DNA of 58,459 bases from a virus (lineage: Duplodnaviria > Caudoviricetes), in the IMG/VR virus record IMGVR_UViG_3300030012_001987, positions 1 to 58,459 of that record, one strand, 5' to 3'. The notes under the pieces are model-generated. The model saw only the letters and a program-made list of their open reading frames with translations, ran no database searches and had not been told where the DNA came from. Both the position numbers and the translations under genes were made by a program. Numbering within the stretch: the first letter of the stretch is position 1; each line of letters starts with the position of its first letter. Below are positions 55,593 through 58,459 of this stretch, piece by piece.

Positions 55593-56391
55593 ATCGCAAA
55601 AATTGTGACTTTTACTAGTCGAATCCTCACGAATTCGTTCTGCATTAGGAATAAACTAGTTTTTGTGTAAACAGCCCCGGCTATCCATATTTAAACTGAG
55701 GAAATGTGTGATTTTTCACATCCGAAACTGGTCGCGGCCCAGTCGAAAGTCTGCACTACACAACAAAAAAATTCACATCCAATAAAAAAGTAAAATAACT
55801 AGTGGTGTAAATTCTGCACCACATGGATGTTGGGAGGAAAACTGAATGGCTAATGAGAAGGATAGGCATATTGATTTGATGAAGAAAAAACATCCTGATT
55901 GGGACTGGGACTACTGGGTGGCACAGGTTACATGATACACACTACTAAAATTGAGTTTGAGATTTATTACAATCAGGGGAAACTGTACAGGGAGAAATGA
56001 GAGTTGGAGTATAGCCCCTTTCTTCCTGTCTACATCCTGATGGGGTTCTTCCTTTTCTGTGCCTCGTTTCTTCTAGTGAATGAATTCAAAGAACTAGCCA
56101 AGTATTTCAGGAGTGAAGAACAATGATTGAGATTTTGGACATGGGCCTTCTAGATAATTTTGTAATTGAAGTGCCTTTGAGTTTCTACACCCCCTACCTA
56201 GTAGTACTCACAAGTGGTCTAATTTCGTGGTTAGGCAGGTTGGACTACCTTGCTATGGAGTGGGCCAAAAGCGAGGCTCTCTAGGGTGGGGTAAAACGGC
56301 CATTTAGAGAATTAATTTACAATGGGGTTGCATTTTGGATTTACCATTGAAGAAAGTCAAATTGAACCGCTTTCGTTGGTGGGATTGCGAG

Positions 56392-56706
56392 TTAATTTAG
56401 CCAAGATGGTATTGTTGGTAGGTTTGCCATCGCTTCATATGGGTCATCATAGTCATTTGGCAAATCCAGAAGTGCCTGTCTGTATGTAGCCAACTCAGTT
56501 TGCTGTGCTTCTGTTAGAGTGTTGTAAAGCAAGACCCCTTGATACACATCTACTTTCTTCAATCGGAAATTTCTTTTCGCTCTCAGTTCCTCCCATGCGA
56601 AAGCAAACTCTTCTGTTTCATCATATTCTGAATGTCCCGGCCCTACGTTTTCATGGACTGTTACATTTGGGTTTCTTTCCTGTTCTTCTTCACCATGTTC
56701 AACCAT
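56392..56706 (-). CDS. Tail fibre assembly chaperone-like protein
   Basis: WEELRAKRN..L...YRQALLDLP...P pattern; downstream of the fibre gene. Confidence 0.75.
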   Translation of the reverse strand: MVEHGEEEQERNPNVTVHENVGPGHSEYDETEEFAFAWEELRAKRNFRLKKVDVYQGVLLYNTLTEAQQTELATYRQALLDLPNDYDDPYEAMANLPTIPSWLN

Positions 56707-56714
56707 ATTATCAC

Positions 56715-58070
56715 CTAAGCATTATCAATGCTAAACCAAATATCCACAATGTAATCGCCCATGTCCACCGCACCTGAGTTTCTTCTTACTCCTAAAGTAT
56801 CACCTGCATTGTATGAACCGTTTACTCCTGTGACCACTAGAGAATGTTGAGTTGCATTTGAATTTTCAGAATTATGTCTTGTGAATTGACTTGCATTGTA
56901 AGAAATATCAGTTAGTGTTCCTGACCCTGCATTTCCATTTGCAAATATTCTCAGCACTTGAGCAGTTGAGCCACTCAATACCACTCCCTGTGTTCTAATT
57001 TCAACTGCGTGTATAGTGATGTCTCTAGGTAAGGTGTAGGTGCTTATACCCACTTCATTATCATCAAATGTAAATGTATTCAATCCTGAACCTTGACCAT
57101 TAGATGTTCCATAATCCAATTTACCGAAAGTTACCTTATGCCAAAGGTTCCAACCATTCGCATTCGATACTGCTTCGATTCCCCCGACATTGTTTATCTT
57201 GAGTCTCTGAGAGCCATTCGTCATCAATGCTAGAGTATGATTAGTCGAAGTTCCAAATACACCAGTAGATGCTTGTGCCTGTGTCTTTATTCCTGCACCG
57301 CTCGCTCTTTCAACGAATAACTCTCCATTACCGCCATCTATCCCTTCTAGATGTAATAAATGGTCAGGAGCAGAACCGGCATCTCCAACTCCTATCCGTT
57401 GTGTGCCAGCATTGATGAAGAAAAAATTATTCGTTGCGTCTGAATTGTAACAGAAGTCTATGTCATCAGTACCCGCATTAATCTCAAACTGTCTCACACC
57501 ACCACGAAGTCGGAAGAACTCTTGCTCAACTGCTCCACCTTCCGTTAATCTAAATATTAATTCACCATCTTCTGAACCATCGCTAACGTCATTTGGTTCC
57601 ATTGTTATCCTACCAAATTCAGTTTTCTGACCTGCATCATTGTTAGCAGTAAAAAGAATACTTCCTAAGTCATCTCCATCACCTGAATTAGCACCATCGT
57701 TTCTATACAAATCAAGTATAGGCCCATCAATCGCATCAGCATTCGTATTCTCTAGAATCAAAGTAGCGGTATTCGATGCGCTGTTCTTTATCGTGGTTGA
57801 TTTGGTTTGTGCATTGATTGTTATAGTCCCATCAGCATTTACTGCTATGTTTTGAATACCGGAGATATCGCTAACGCTGAATATGTCACCAGATGACATG
57901 GTTGGGTTTATCGAGAAGACTTGTCCCTCTGCTCCCTCAAAAGATAGGGTATTGTCATCTAACACCTTGAGGAACATAGGTGAGTTGTCTTTTCCTACGA
58001 ACTTGATTTCGGGTTGGGAAGTTTGACTCACATTCGGAGTAATCAGGATGTCCTTATCGCTATCTGCCAT
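56715..58070 (-). CDS. Tail fibre / receptor-binding protein
   Basis: G/N/T/S-rich beta repeats (RIGVG...PDHLLH, LMTNGSQRLKI). Confidence 0.75.
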   Translation of the reverse strand: MADSDKDILITPNVSQTSQPEIKFVGKDNSPMFLKVLDDNTLSFEGAEGQVFSINPTMSSGDIFSVSDISGIQNIAVNADGTITINAQTKSTTIKNSASNTATLILENTNADAIDGPILDLYRNDGANSGDGDDLGSILFTANNDAGQKTEFGRITMEPNDVSDGSEDGELIFRLTEGGAVEQEFFRLRGGVRQFEINAGTDDIDFCYNSDATNNFFFINAGTQRIGVGDAGSAPDHLLHLEGIDGGNGELFVERASGAGIKTQAQASTGVFGTSTNHTLALMTNGSQRLKINNVGGIEAVSNANGWNLWHKVTFGKLDYGTSNGQGSGLNTFTFDDNEVGISTYTLPRDITIHAVEIRTQGVVLSGSTAQVLRIFANGNAGSGTLTDISYNASQFTRHNSENSNATQHSLVVTGVNGSYNAGDTLGVRRNSGAVDMGDYIVDIWFSIDNA

Positions 58071-58459
58071 TACAAACCAAACCTCCCTCTTGTAGACTCA
58101 TACATCTCCAATATTTCTGCCGCAGTTAATGCAGTGTCATAGAGGACTGCATTATACATTTTCCCATCCATAGGTGCGCTACCATAGGTAGTGTTACTAC
58201 CAACACACACATCACATAGGACAAAATCCCTATCTGTAATGTTGAATGTCTCACCTGTAAAGTTCGTAGAACCTGTGGCTTTCTCTACACCATTGATGTA
58301 TAGTTGTTGGGAAGTGGTATTGCATACGAATGCTATGTGCATTGGCCCTGCATCGTAGGCATCTAAGTCGTAGAACACATTCGCAGTAGAAGCATTACCG
58401 TCACTACGGAAGAAGCAGAATACTCTATTATCTGAATTACCGTTGTAAGGACTCTCCCC
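58070..58459 (-). CDS. LamG/concanavalin A-like domain tail protein (3' part only)
   Basis: HIAFV...LYINGV...DGKMYNAVLYDTALTAAEI; frame open to the window edge. Confidence 0.7.
   Translation of the reverse strand, partial: GESPYNGNSDNRVFCFFRSDGNASTANVFYDLDAYDAGPMHIAFVCNTTSQQLYINGVEKATGSTNFTGETFNITDRDFVLCDVCVGSNTTYGSAPMDGKMYNAVLYDTALTAAEILEMYESTRGRFGL

Overview
About 58 kb of a tailed dsDNA archaeal virus genome. It carries a terminase, portal, tail-fibre genes and an archaeal-type replisome: split PolB, PCNA, RFC, primase, RPA, ATP-dependent ligase, XPF nuclease and TFB. This content best fits a Magrovirus-like virus of marine Poseidoniales; that assignment is inferred from gene content, not from a database search. 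Layout: (i) 1-19.8 kb, minus-strand head/packaging module. About 18 otherwise unrelated proteins here share a short W-x-x-[ILV]-[ILV]-K signature at their N-termini or domain boundaries. (ii) 19.8-25.6 kb, control region with the strand switch, six palindromic CAAAG-N-ACCATATGGT-N-CTTTG elements, a (TC)16 tract with TGAGAAA repeats, and two or three long ORF-free, hairpin-rich stretches (candidate ncRNAs). (iii) 22.9-55.6 kb, plus-strand early/replication module. It includes a ubiquitin-like protein ending GG-SL, an E1, a JAB/JAMM protease and a possible divergent E2, and a PolB gene split by a block of six small ORFs. (iv) 56.4-58.5 kb, minus-strand tail-fibre genes. No tRNA, rRNA or CRISPR array was recognised, and no major capsid protein or prohead protease is visible in the window. 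All calls are by eye from motifs. Several start codons were moved relative to the ORF track.
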